DNA of 64,000 bases from Macrostomum lignano (Eukaryota), in NCBI GenBank assembly GCA_002269645.1, contig NIVC01002037.1:1-64000 (forward strand), in the 5' to 3' direction. Shown here piece by piece: positions 35,103 through 48,100 of the stretch; position 1 is the stretch's first letter; every line of letters begins with the position of its first letter. The position numbers were made by a program, and so were the translations under genes. The notes below the pieces were generated by a model. The model had not been told where the DNA came from. It saw only the letters and a list, made by a program, of their open reading frames with translations, and made no database searches.

Positions 35103-36127
35103 TAGGAGCGGACGAGCTGGTACACAAAGATTCTCGAGTCTTTTTAGTGATTTTATCCATTTTGAAAAAAATCAATGAACGGGGGACCTTTAAGAAAATT
35201 GTTTTTTTCCAGTGAAAAAGTCGTTTAGCTATCTTGAAAATTATAGCGAAAGGTCAAAAGTTCGTATTGCAGGTCCTCTGCTTCAATTCTAATTCTATGG
35301 GTAGCTATATGCTTTTAATTGCTTTTTTCTCACACTTCAAATCAGAAAGCAGCTATATTTGCCTGTCGATGTGCCTCTTCTGCGTAGATATCAAGATCTA
35401 ATCTTTTAGCATTGTGCGGCAAATAGTCATTCAGTTTCTTAAAAAAAAGTACCCGTGCACTGCACTGACTCTTAAACTGTATTTCCTAGAAATAAATGAT
35501 ATACTTGTCATTGACATTAAGGACAATTAAAGCAATCATGTGAAAGTTAAACAACATTCATAAAATCAGCCACAAAAGCCTTTGAAAACTCTAGGAGCTA
35601 CAGAATGACATAAATAGGTCGATCATAGTGAAACGCAAAGTCGTGAATTTAAAATAGCTGTAGCTGTTTCGTTTTAATTAGTAATACATATCTTTTCTAC
35701 TATCTAAATTTTACATTTTCAACTGTTGTCTCGCATGCAAACAATGCTGAATTTGCTCAACTATTTGTCCAAAAGCTTTCTGTGCATGTCAAAAAAAAAC
35801 AAAATTGATTTAATTAATTTTTGTTTGATTCCAGAATTCCAATTCTGCCATTAGTTTTTATACCGTTTTGTACAGATCGCTTGCTTGTCTCTAAAAATAA
35901 ATTCCTTTGTTTTACTTTCTTCCAAGGATCAAGACGGAAAACTGTCAACTTTATATTTTAGCCACTGTTATTGAGTACGTGTTTTTATTTAAATTTTTAG
36001 ACATTAGCTTTGTAATTTTAGCTGGGTGTTCTTGGTAGAAAGTTAGCTGCTGCTGATTGGGGAAACAAAACCCGGTAAATTGGAATATCTATCTGGAATT
36101 AGAATTTGAACAAATGTAACTCAAATG

Positions 36128-37298
36128 TAGCCTTCTTGTACAGCGCGCGTCCAGCCACAACCCCAGCACCTCGACGTCGCAATCCTCGGCGCTCATGTCG
36201 AACCCACACTCCCCACTCTCTAGTCGCTGATTCGCCAGCGCCCGGTAGCGAGCTCTGGACCGGCTGTCCACCTGCGAGTGAATAAAGATCGATACTGTAT
36301 GTCTCACTCAAACAGCAGTGAGGGAGAGCTGTCTTACTCACACAGCAGTGAGGGAGAGCTGTCTCACACACAGCAGTGAGGCAGAGCTGTCTCCCTCACA
36401 CACAGCAGTGAGGCAGAGCTGTCTCACTCACACAGCAGTGAGGGAGAGCTGTCTCACACACAGCAGTGAGGGAGAGCTGTCTCACTCACACACAGCAGTA
36501 AGGTACAGCTGTCTCACTCACACACAGCAGTAAGGTAGAGCTGTCTCACTCACACAGCAGTGAAGGAGAGCTGTCTCACTCACACACAGCAGTGAAGTAC
36601 AGCTGTCTCACTCACACACAGCAGTGAGGGAGAGCTGTGTCACTCACACACAGCAGTGAGGTACAGCTGTCTCACTCACACAGCAGTGAGGTACAGCTGT
36701 CTCACTCACACACAGCAGTGAGGCAAAGCTATCTCACTCACACAGCAGTGAGGCAAAGCTACTCAAAACTCACACCTGCACACTCAGCTGATTGCGAGAG
36801 TCTCACCTGTCCAACCTGAACTACCAGCAGGCGGCGTCTGAACGAGTTCGCAGCGAGGAAGGCTTGGAACTCGCACTGCAGCTCGGCCTCGTCTCTGAGC
36901 CAGCTGAGCAGGCCGTTGCTGAGCAGCAGCACGAACTGGCGAGTTCGCTTCATCAGGAAGCTGTTGATGCGGCCGGCTGGCGAGGTCGGCTCAAAGTTGT
37001 CGGGCCAGCGAGCAGCCAGGGCCGCGTCGTTGGTGCCGAGCCGAACGCCTTGGAGGCGACGAACGATGAGCTCGACGACGGTGTTTGAGCTCGAATCTGG
37101 GTCGGCTCGGGACTCGGAGTCAGAGGCGGACTCAGGAGCAGACAGGATGAAGACCTCCGGCACTTTGTCCGAGTGGAACGGCGGCCAGTCCCGAATCGCG
37201 CTCAGGATGGCCTTTATAATGCTCAATGTTATAAATTTCGAGCTTGTCGTTTTATGATCTGTTTCACAACAGTGCTGCAATAATTTGTGTACTTACTT
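36128..37298 (-). pseudogene. Inverted truncated copy (C) of the TLR-like 3' end: intron 2, TIR2 exon, minisatellite intron, last exon
   Basis: Reverse complement matches A 8850-10040 and B; indels at the exon 3 start and in exon 4 break the frame; upstream ectodomain absent. Confidence 0.85.
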
Positions 37299-37699
37299 TG
37301 TGTAGAAACAATAACAGCGACATTTAAAAAGACAAAAACAGTTGCAAACGACAGAACCTTAAGAAAATTAGTTACTCAGAAGTAGTATTTAAAGCATCCT
37401 CAGCATGCATACTTCTAGTAGTATGCTTAGATTGATATTCTTAGTCTATACACTATAAGTAATACATGTTTAGCCACAAGCTAAGGACTTTGTTAAAATC
37501 AACTTATTATGTAATATGTCATTTTTAAACCACCTGACAAGGCACCGCTAATCCTGCATCCTTTGTATTTACTCAGCTTTGAGGCCTTTCTCATAAGCTC
37601 CGTCATTATAAGACTTTACAAACAGCGCCTGCATGGGGTTATTTTAAAGCCAGAGTTGCCAACTCAACTTGCTTTTACAGTGCAAACATAACTATTGGC

Positions 37700-37704
<5 letters not shown>

Positions 37705-37730
<26 letters not shown>

Positions 37731-37757
37731 CCTTTCCATCTATCCATCTATCTCTCT
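37705..37757. repeat. (CTAT)n microsatellite
   Basis: Read directly. Confidence 0.85.
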
Positions 37758-38384
37758 ATCTGTGCATTAATCACATGCACTTTTTACAGGTGTACATCTG
37801 AGTCTTTGAGTTTCTCCCCTAGAAGTCCTCACTTCCCGTTTTCATCCATCCTCAAGAGCCAGCCAGACCAGACAACTGACGAAGTTCTCCATCCATTCTT
37901 CCCAGAACATCCGTCAGAGATGCTAATGAGCCGAAAAAATTGAGCACAAGGAAGTTCCACGCCCTGCCTGGAGGCAAAGTGATTTCCCATACAGTATTCT
38001 TCCCTTTATCTCTATTTTTATAGATTTTGCCTGTCGAACCACAACAAGCTTAGCATGCACTTTTACGGCCGAGCAAAATCGCCTGCTGCAGTGGACTCAG
38101 ACAGATGGAGCTCTGGGAGATTTTTCTCCATCGTCGCTCTCCACTTGCTTCGATTGTCAAAGCAGTTTTTGCCTGAGCAATAATAATCCCCCAATCACTG
38201 ATCCTCTCACTCGAAGGGATTCGCTAAATTCCGGACCTAGTTAGTAATAGAAAAAATATCTAATGTAACAATAGTATTTAGTGTCAAGCTCTGCTCAGAA
38301 AAAGTACACAATTTTATATTTTCATTAAACATCACACTTTTTATCACATGCACTTTTTATCAAATGCTGTATGACATCTTTATG

Positions 38385-38750
38385 ACTACTATGACTATTC
38401 TATGGCCATTTTATGACTAATCTATGACTAGATTATGACGACTACATGACTACTATATGACTACCCAATGACTACTCCGTGATTAACCATTGATTAATCT
38501 AGGATCAGTCAATGACTCATCTATGACATATCTATGACTTGTCTATGACTCATCTATGACTGCTCCATGACTTATCTATGACTGTTCTATGACTCAATCT
38601 ATGACTGCTCCATGACTTATCTATGACTGCTCCATGACTTATCTATGACTGCTCCATGACTTATCTATGACTCAATCTATATGACTGCTCCATGACTTAT
38701 CTATGACTCAATCTATGACTGCTCCATGACTTATCTATGATATCTATGAT
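38385..38750. repeat. Degenerate atgact-based repeat (ctatgactgctccatgacttat-like)
   Basis: Read directly. Confidence 0.8.
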
Positions 38751-39371
38751 AATATATTACTAATCTACATAAAATTGACTAATAGTGTGTATTTTATGAC
38801 TATAATAAAAATCAAATTTCAAATCAAATTCAAATTGCCATACGATATGAAAGCCGGTCCATTTATAAAAAGTACTTTTGCATGAACTTGTTTTGCACTT
38901 TTAAGAACGAAAGCGCTCACCGACTGAACTAACAAACTAAGCAAATTAGTTATGCTTTATACAGCCCAGATGTTTTATCGAATACCGAATACTGCCTCCA
39001 GCTTTAATACCCCTGTCTCCCCCTTGCCTCTCTGCCGCCTGCCGCTAAATGCTTTCCAGTGTGCTCAGCAAATTTCCATTAAGAGATCGAATTCCATGAG
39101 AATATGCGATTCCATGCACTCACCAGCAACCCATTCTCCCAAACTCCCTCTCTCTCATCTCCTCCATCTCCTTCGCCTCAGCTCTTCCCAGCTGAAAAGT
39201 CAGTCTCGCACAGATCAGTAGCTCGAAGGAGGTAGCTTAGGGCACCCATGCATGCCCGGATGGCTTGAGAATTATATAGACTGCATGATTCATGCACTTG
39301 TTTAGCCTAGATGTATGAAGCAGTGAAATCTTCGCTTGTCTCGATTGAGCTGCTCTGTGACACCTGTATCT

Positions 39372-40722
39372 GCCTCTCCGCTGTCCCCCCAGGGTTTTTG
39401 AATCTGCCTCTCCGCTGTCCCCCCAGGGTTTTTGAATCTGCCTCTCCGCTGTCCCCCCAGGGTTTTTGAATCTGCCTCTCCGCTGTCCCCCCAGGGTTTT
39501 TGAATCTGCCTCTCCGCTGTCCCCCCAGGGTTTTTGAATCTGCCTCTCCGCTGTCCCCCCAGGGTTTTTGAATCTGCCTCTCCGCTGTCCCCCCAGGGTT
39601 TTTGAATCTGCCTCTCCGCTGTCCCCTCAGAATCCTTGAATCTGCCTCTTCGCTGTCCCCTCAGAATTCTTGAATCTGCCTCTCCGCTGTCCCCTCAGAA
39701 TCCTTGAATCTGCCTCTTCGCTGTCCCCTCAGAATCCTTGAATCTGCCTCTCCGCTGTCCCTCAGGATCCTTGAATCTGCCTCTTCGCTGTCCCCTCAGA
39801 ATCCTTGAATCTGCCACTCCGCTGTCCCCCCAGGGTTTTTGAATCTGCCTCTCCGCTCTCCCTCAGGATCCTTGAATCTGCCTCTCCGCTGTCCCCTCAA
39901 AGTCCTTGAATCTGCTTCTCCGCTCTTCCTGGGGATCCTTGAATCTGCCACTCCGCTGTCCCCCCAGGGTTTTTGAATCTGCCTCTCCGCTCTCCCTCAG
40001 GATCCTTGAATCTGCCTCTCCGCTGTCCCCTCAGAATCCTTGAATCTGCCTATCCGCTGTCCCCCCAGGGTCCTTGAATCTGCCTCTCCGCTGTCCCTCA
40101 GGATCCTTGAATCTGCTTCTCCGCTGTCCCTTCAGAATCCTTGAATCTGCCTCTCCGCTCTACCTCAGGATCCTTGAATCTGCCTCTTCGCTGTCCCCTC
40201 AGAATCCTTGAATCTGCCTCTCCGCTCTTCCTCGGGATCCTTGAATCTGCCTCTCCGCTGTCCCCTCAGAATCCTTGAATCTGCTTCTCCGCTGTCCCCT
40301 CAGAATCCTTGAATCTGCTTCTCCGCTCTTCCTCGGGATCCTTGAATCTGCCTCTTCACTGTCCCCTCAGGGTCCTTGAATCTGCCTCTCCGCTCTCCCC
40401 TCAGGGTCCTTGAATCTGCCTCTCCGCTCTCCCCTCAGGGTCCTTGAATCTGCCTCTCCGCTCTCCCCTCAGGGTCCTTGAATCTCTCTCTCCGCTCTCC
40501 CCTCAGGGTCCTTGAATCTGCCTCTCCGCTCTCCCGTCAGGGTCCTTGAATCTGCCTCTCCGCTGTCCCCTCAGGGTCCTTGAATCTGCCTCTCCGCTGT
40601 CCCCTCAGGGTCCTTGAATCTGCCTCTCCGCTCTCCCCTCAGGATCCTTGAATCCGCCTCTCCTCTCTCTCAGGATCCTTGAATCTGCCTCTCCTCTCTC
40701 TCAGGATCCTTGAATCTGCCTC
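39372..40722. repeat. 35-bp minisatellite (ttgaatctgcctctccgctgtccccccagggtttt)n with graded variants
   Basis: About 38 units. Confidence 0.95.
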
Positions 40723-40729
40723 TAAGAGC

Positions 40730-40920
40730 ATCGGCGCCTTGCAGGAAAATTGAATGCGATGAGCGTTGCACACGCCTCTGAGTGAGGTTTTACCATAGAA
40801 CGGGGTAGAAATAGCATTTCAGGAAATAACTTCACCAATTTGGTGGGAATACGTATCCCATGGACCTTGTGAGGGCAGAACAAAGGAGAATCCAAAGGCT
40901 GTGAACTTCTCAAACGAACT
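40730..40920 (-). mobile_element. Possible short degenerate LINE RT fragment (RTE-like)
   Basis: HGIRIPTKLVKLF resembles the RT-region motif GIPxKLI; very short. Confidence 0.3.
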
Positions 40921-41699
40921 CTATGCTAATAACCAAATAAAATTGAATAAGATTAAAGCGGAGCGGCTCAAGGAAGTTCCTTCCTTCTGATAGGAATATT
41001 GAGGTAGCCCTGTTTACCACCTTCAATACCTTGCACTCAAGTGGCATGGCTGTTACGGAATAATGAAATCAATGACGGCATGCCTGATACAGGTGAGTGA
41101 GCCATGTGACCTTGCTTATTTGATGCACGCATTTCTTAAGCGCGAAATGTCTCAATACTTGCATTTTTGAGCATCGTGTTTCTACTCCATTCTAGCCACA
41201 ACTAGGCAGCATATTGACGAGAAAACGTGGTTATATTAGAGGGGTAGGTGGATATAAGAAATCGGCTTCAACTTTTTGTCCGAATTGGCAAAAATCTGTA
41301 AATAACAAATCCTTCTAATTGAAGAAACTATCTGGTATAGTTACTATATTTCTTCAGGCAAAGTAAGCCTATAAAAAGTACTTTAATGTAGTACACATAA
41401 TTATTAGATTTTCATTTGCCAGTCTGAGTGAACTTAGTCTAAAAATAGATTTTGTAAACCCCACCAAGCGAGTCTGTCCCATCATTTTTCATCGATTTTC
41501 GCAACGAACGAACTGTCTCGATCCACAGATAAACATGAGCAGTAATTACATGCACGTAGTTCGTATTAAAGAGATGCACGAGTAAGCCCTGACTTGTGAT
41601 TATCATAACAGGTGTCCCAAACGATGCTGCCTCATATTAGTTTGAGTTGTGGGCTGGCGGAAGTGGCTGAAAAGTGTCAGACACTGTGAAGCTTCAAGG

Positions 41700-41787
41700 C
41701 TTAGAGATCAAAACCTACATGTAGTTTATTCAAAACATTTTATTCCAGTCTTTGTTGCGTCCCCAACGGGGGGCGCTGATTGCTAGT
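41700..41787 (+). mobile_element. Helitron-type 3' end, same family as 47612-47700
   Basis: ctacatgtagtttattcaaaa...gcgtcccc-aac-ggggggcgc-tgattg-CTAG-t. Confidence 0.6.
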
Positions 41788-42267
41788 CCACTATACTATA
41801 ACCTATTTTACTACGTGCATGGTGGGACGCAGCTCATTTCAACAGCTCAACAAGGTTTTGGAGATGAAAAAGTGAGAAAGTGACAGGAAGCGAATGAAAA
41901 ACAAGGCTCACAGGCCTCATAAAAGTGCACTTGCACTCAATCGCTGATTGGTCTAGCAGCTATGCAGCGAGCGAACCGCTCTTCACACCCGACCGTACAG
42001 AGAGAATCTCCTTAGTCCCGAAATTGGCAATGATATATAATACACGTATACGGGTCTGAGAGAGAAGGGAGGAGAAAGCCAAGAGGGAGTATAGCTATAA
42101 GTAGACAACCAACTCAAAAAGTTCCCGCTGAGAGGAGAAAGTGAAAATCGTAGAACAGGCGCAGACTCCATGCAGCCCTTGTAGTCGAGCCATGCCGGCT
42201 CTTCAAACTTGAAGTTTCGCTTTGAACTTGCTTTCAAAAAGTCCATCCCCAACCAGCCATTCACGCG

Positions 42268-42789
42268 ATGGGCAGCGCCATGGCTCGTCTGCTGGCAGTT
42301 TGTGCCACTTCAAAGTGCCGCCATAGTGTCCATCCACGTCAGACACATCCTGTACAGCCGCTGGATCCGCTTGCAAGACAGCATTGGAAGCTGCAGAATC
42401 CTCGCTATCAAAATCAGCATCAACGAGCTCCTCTGGCCCCGATACCGTTGGAGAACTGGCGATTGACTCCGCCGCTGAGACAGTCGCTGCGTCAACGCAG
42501 GCAGGAGCCGCCACCTCATCAGCGTTCTCAAGAAGCTGCTTCTGCAGATTCTTCATCAACATTATCCAGCGTCGCAATCCGGCTGAGTCCCAACGGGGAG
42601 GATGACGGCTCTGACGGTGTCACCGTGAATTTGCGGCATCGTAAGTGCCGCCAGAAGTCTAGAGATCGGCGACAACGCAGTCTAGCAAGCGCGGTTGCGG
42701 GAGAGCTCAGCAACAGCAGCAGCAGCGGCGGCAATCAATGCCGAGTGAGATTGAAGCGAGCCACCGCTTCAGCTGACGGGCCAGCTCAG
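42268..42789 (+). CDS. Possible exon of an uncharacterised gene (5' boundary uncertain)
   Basis: GC-rich ORF ending at phase-0 donor CAG|gtgatt; the 5' half may be spurious because a better-looking antisense ORF overlaps it. Confidence 0.35.
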
Positions 42790-43050
42790 GTGATTGGCAA
42801 AGGGTTTGATTCTGTGCATGGTCGCATTTATTTGGGTTGTCGTACGATTCACAACCCAATGCACAGAGAGTGTACGAGCGTACACGCCTGACGATTAGAA
42901 ATTCAGGGCACCTGTACACCCTCTGTGAGCGTGTGCACGAGTGCGTGCTTGTGTGCGCTCAGGAGTCAGGAGTACTGCGGGACGATGGCGTCAAATTCGT
43001 TGCGTCAGGGTGCTAACGACTCTTCAACGAATATCTTTTTTGATTTACAG

Positions 43051-43449
43051 GTGATTGACAGCTGGCCTCAGGTGCAGCTGAGACTGCGTCACAAGCAACA
43101 TGAGGAGCTGCTCAGTCAGCATCAACATCGACCAGGTCAACGAGGCAACGGTGCAGCAGCTTCAGCAACAAGGCAGCAGAAGTTGCACGCATTTTGTTGC
43201 CTGCCAGTCAGCCGATGGACCCTCGACTGTCTGCGACGAAGTGCGGATAAAATTGCAGCTCTGGCGACCCGGTTCGACTGTTTGCTGAACGAGCCGGCAG
43301 CTTCAGCCGCGCACGACGCGGGGGAGTCAAGCGAATTGGGCTGCTACCTGGAAATCTGGGGACCGAATGTGAGCAGAGTGAGGCAGTTTCACGATCGACT
43401 GCTCATGCTGGCCGCCGCTAGTGAGAATTGCCCCGGCATTAGATTTTGA
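43051..43449 (+). CDS. Probable terminal exon of an uncharacterised gene
   Basis: Strong acceptor tttttgatttacag|GTG; open to TGA; C-terminus GCYLEIWGPNVSRVRQFHDRL looks folded. Confidence 0.5.
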   Translation: MIDSWPQVQLRLRHKQHEELLSQHQHRPGQRGNGAAASATRQQKLHAFCCLPVSRWTLDCLRRSADKIAALATRFDCLLNEPAASAAHDAGESSELGCYLEIWGPNVSRVRQFHDRLLMLAAASENCPGIRF

Positions 43450-43529
43450 GAGCATGTAATAGACAGCTGCACGGACTATTTAGGATACGCTCGTACTGGT
43501 CGGTTCCCTATTAGAGCTATATGCATGTG

Positions 43530-44212
43530 TCTACCCCATCTACCCCATCTACCCATCTACCCCATCTACCCCATCAACCCTATCTACCCTATCTACCCCA
43601 TCTACCCCATCTACCCCATCTACCCCATCAACCCCATCAACCCCATCAAGCCCATCTACCTTATCTACCCTATCTACCCCATCTACCTCATCTACCCCAT
43701 CTATCTCATCTACCCCATCTACCCCATCTATCTCATCTACCCCACCTACCCTATCTACCCATCTACCCATCTACCCCATCTACCCCATCTACCCCATCTA
43801 CCTCATCTACCCCATCTACCCTAATCCACCCATCTACCCCATCAATCCCATCTACCCCATCTACCCTATCTACCCTATCTACCCCATCTACCCTATCTAC
43901 CCCATCTACCCTATCTACCCCATCTACCCCATCAACCCCATCTACCCATCTACTCTATCTACCCCATCTACCCCATCAACCCCATCTACCCCATCTACTC
44001 TATCTACCCCATCTACCCCATCAACCCCATCTACCCTATCTACCCTATCTACCCTATCTACCCTATCTACCCCATCAACCCCATCTACCCCATCTACTCT
44101 ATCTACCCCATCTACCCCATCTATTCTATCTACCCCATCTACCCCATCTATCCCATCTACCCCATCTACCCCATTTACCCCATCTACCTCATCTGCCTCT
44201 CCATCTACCCAA
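43530..44212. repeat. 9-bp repeat (accccatct)n
   Basis: Read directly; resumes briefly after 44486. Confidence 0.95.
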
Positions 44213-44217
44213 GCTAC

Positions 44218-44485
44218 CAGGGGCGTTGCCATGGATTTAATGTGGGGGGGACAAAACTACGAATTCTACACGTACATGTACATTATTTTCAGAGTCGGTG
44301 TTGTCAGCGCTCATTTTTGCGTCGCAGGCACTCATTTTGGCGCCACAGGCGCTATGTTTTGTCGCCCTGAAGCAAAATTATTGATTTCCATAACGCGTAA
44401 CAAGGTTGGGTGAGGGGGGACAAAGCATTGGCATGCCACCCCACAGCTTTTACTGGGGGGGGGAATATGGGTGGCGACGCCCCCA
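44218..44485. mobile_element. hAT-like MITE inserted into the 9-bp array
   Basis: TIR caggggcgttgcca / tggcgacgccccca; near-perfect 8-bp TSD caagctac / caatctac; related sequence at 52247-52430. Confidence 0.7.
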
Positions 44486-46714
44486 CAATCTACCCTATCT
44501 ACCCTATCTACATGTACCCTACCTACCCAGTCTACCATATCTAAGTCTAGATAGATATAAAACGATTAAGTAGTCTATGTCAGATTACAAATAATTAATC
44601 TGCAAACTAGGAGGATCACCTAGCTATAAAAATTCAGCTGATTTTTGCGTACAATCTATCTTTATAGCTGTAAAGCGGTAAAACCCATGTGCAAGTGATT
44701 ATCTTCGAGTTTTGTCTTCTTGCGCAACCCACAGCAATCAATGCAGCTCTATCAATCAGTTTTTTTGTATTCTTATTTGAATCATTTTGATTACTTGATT
44801 TTTTGTAGGCGTAAGTAAAACGAACATTTTGATAACAAACTAATAAGATTGAATTTATTTTTTTCTTGGAGCAAACGAGGTTTTCTATTTGTTTTAACAC
44901 GAATTTTTTTCTTAGAAAAAAACATGCGAAGCTCTTATACGGTAGCAATAATGTATCCAGAAAAATACTTTGCCATTCGAAACACGATATCTACGCATTC
45001 GCAGTTTGGTTCTGTGCCACCTGCATTTTTTATCCAGTCAGGCAATATTGTAATATTATATGGGTAGTTCAGAGTGGATCTTCAACTTTGCAAGGTCTTT
45101 TCACACGTACGTACCTGACACCAAATTAATTATTAGCTATAAAAAATTCCAGAAAAATATTTTGTCTCAATTTATATTCAACATGCAATCAATGAAAGAT
45201 CAGAAAGTTTGTTTAAAATTATCAATTTTCGGAACTAATTTTTAATTAGTTATTCTTCAGATATCGAACTCCAGTGCAGAGAATAAATTAAGCCTTTTAT
45301 AACTCGATTCGATTATTTAATTAGCTCATTTGCATAATCTCACCCTCGAAGCTGCTGCAGAATGAAAAGTACAACCCATGCAGTCGGTACCAGCTTGTGT
45401 CAGGTTGGAACAAAGTACACGGTTAAAAGACTGTAACCTAACAGGGTTTGGAGGGTTTGGATTTAGGAGAGGCAATCGAAAATGAGAGATTAGAGGGGAG
45501 AGGAGGGCAATAGATGGGATGAGAGAAGGGATACGATAGAAGATAAGAGGGTATACGCTCGTAGAGAGATGAGAGAGAGGGAAGAGAAGAGGAGGAGAGG
45601 GCTAAAAAGTGAAATTGTTTCAAAGGACCCGAGGGCCGGATACAGAGGCTCAGCGCTGGTTCGTCAGACGATGTCGCCCAAGGCGTTGCGTCAGGGTGTC
45701 TGCAGCAACCCTCCTGCAAATATTTAATGAATTTAGTCACACGGATATATTGACATTAACTACAGTCTCTTAATGAATTTTCCTAAAGAGATATGTACTG
45801 CATTCCTATCCGTTAGTAAATTTTTGCAATATTATTTTCAATTATTTTCGGTTCACTGATTCGAGTTGCTGGTCGAAAAGTACAAGCCAAGTAGATTAAT
45901 TATGAAACTCGAAGGCACCGCTCGTACACGAGGGACCAATATTTAATTAGCGCACCCGTATACGAAACTACTGACTGATTATACTAAGTATAGAACTATA
46001 CTTAATAATAACACTGAATGTTTATACAATCGGATTGCTCGAATAGCGCACAGACATTTTACAGCAGGCGTCGATAAAATTGTCCCGATAAATTCCTCTG
46101 ATTAATTTTGAACAAGTTATTAGAAATACTAAACTATATTTCAGATTCTGTGTATCTAGAAGAAGTCTTTGATCGAGAGCTCCAAGAAGTTCATCCCCGA
46201 AGCCCCCGGCCAAAGGGCTTCGGTTTTTTGGTTTTGCGCAGTCGGACACTGATTGGTAAAGCAGAGACGCACAGATAGAGCAAGTAAAAGACGTTTGAAT
46301 TAACAAGCTCGCGCGTCAATTCAGCCGTGACTTCTGTGCTCATCCAGCGTCCTGTCCCGAGACTTAATCTGCCTTGTCAGCTTTGGCTTTTTAAGCCACG
46401 TTCGGTAGCTTGAGATGGATTAGAGCTAAAGCCAGTAGGGATTAGGGATTAGCGCGATGCAGAGTCGACTGACTGCACCCGCCAGGAGGCTGCAGAAGCA
46501 GATGCAAAGCTCTGGAGCTGTTTGGCTCTCTTTTTGTTGTTGCATTTTATCGGCAGGAAATTTATATAAGACGAGTTTATTAACAACCCAAGGCGAGAGA
46601 CTGTAGAAATAGTAGAACTATTTAAACAAAAATATTGCCAAAAAACTTATTCATAAGTCAGCAATTGAAGTTGCAAAATCTATAATGATAATATAGATAT
46701 TTGCATATTCTACA

Positions 46715-47530
46715 GTACTCTGAGATTTGGATAATCTACTCTGAGATTTGGATAATCTATTCTGAGATTAGGATAATCTACTCTGAGATTTGGATAATCT
46801 ACTCTGAGATTTGGATAATCCACTCTGAGATTTGGATAATCTACTCTGAGATTTTGATAATCCACTCTGAGATTTGGATAATCTACTCTGAGATTTGGAT
46901 AATTTATTCTGAGATTAGGATAATCTACTCTGATATTTGGATAATCTACTCTGATATTTGGATAATCTACTCAAAGATTTAAATAATCAACTCTGAGATT
47001 TTTGATAATCGAAATTGAGACTTGGATAACCTACTCTGATATTTGGATAATCTATTCTGAGATTTGGATAATCTACTCTGATATTTGGATAATCTATTCT
47101 AAGATTTGGATAATCTATTCTGAGATTTGGATAATCTACTCTGAGATTTAGATAATCTACTCAAAGATTTAAATAATCAACTCTGAGATTTTGATAATCG
47201 AAATTGAGACTTGGATAACCTACTCTGATATTTGGATAATCTATTCTGAGATTTGGATAATCTATTCTGAGATTTTGATAATCTATTCTGAGATTTGGAT
47301 AATCTACTCTGATATTTGGATAATCTATTCTAAGATTTGGATAATCTATTCTGAGATTTGGATAATCTACTCTGAGATTTAGATAATCTACTCTGAAATT
47401 TTGATAATCTACTCTGAGATTTGGATAATCTATTCTGAGATTTGGATAATCTACTCTGATATTTGGATAATCTACTCTGAGATTTCGATAATCTACTCTG
47501 ACAGTTGGAAAATTTACTCTGAGATTTGGA
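46715..47530. repeat. 21-bp minisatellite (tctgagatttggataatctac)n
   Basis: Read directly. Confidence 0.95.
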
Positions 47531-47611
47531 TAAACTGTATTATTAGCATCACCTTCACTGAACTAATATGTATTTTTTATATTAAATTGGCTACGAACAT
47601 AAAATTATATT

Positions 47612-48100
47612 ACTAGCAATCAGCGCCCCCCGTTGAAGAGCCAAAAAATGGAATACTAATTTTTGAATAAACTACATGTAGCTTTTGACCTTAGCCTTGA
47701 CGTCTCAGCAATTCCCCCCGTAAGCCTTGACATCTCAGCAATTCCCCCCGTAAGCCTTGACATCTCAACAATTCCCCCCGTAAGCCTTGACATCTCACCA
47801 ATTCCCCCCGTAAGCCTTGACATCTCAACAATTCCCCCTGTAAGCCTTGACATCTCAACAATTCCCCCGTAAGCCTTGACATCTCAACAATTCCCCCTGT
47901 AAGCCTTGACATCTCAATAATTCCCCCCGTAAGCCTTGACATCTCAACGATTCCCCCTGTAAGCCTTGACATCTCAACAATTCCCCCTGTAAGCCTTGAC
48001 ATCTCAATAATTCCCCCCGTAAGCCTTGACATCTCAACGATTCCCCCTGTAAGCCTTGACATCTCAGCAATGCCCCCCGTCAACATTAACATATCAGCAA
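47612..48100 (-). mobile_element. Helitron-like non-autonomous element end carrying a 30-bp tandem array (gtaagccttgacatctcagcaattcccccc)n at 47690-48100
   Basis: Minus strand ends ggggggcgc-tgattg-CTAG-t; subterminal sequence is homologous to 41700-41787. Confidence 0.6.

Noticed and set aside
45660-45670. ctgacga on the minus strand as a hammerhead core
   Set aside because: No stem II or properly placed GAAA
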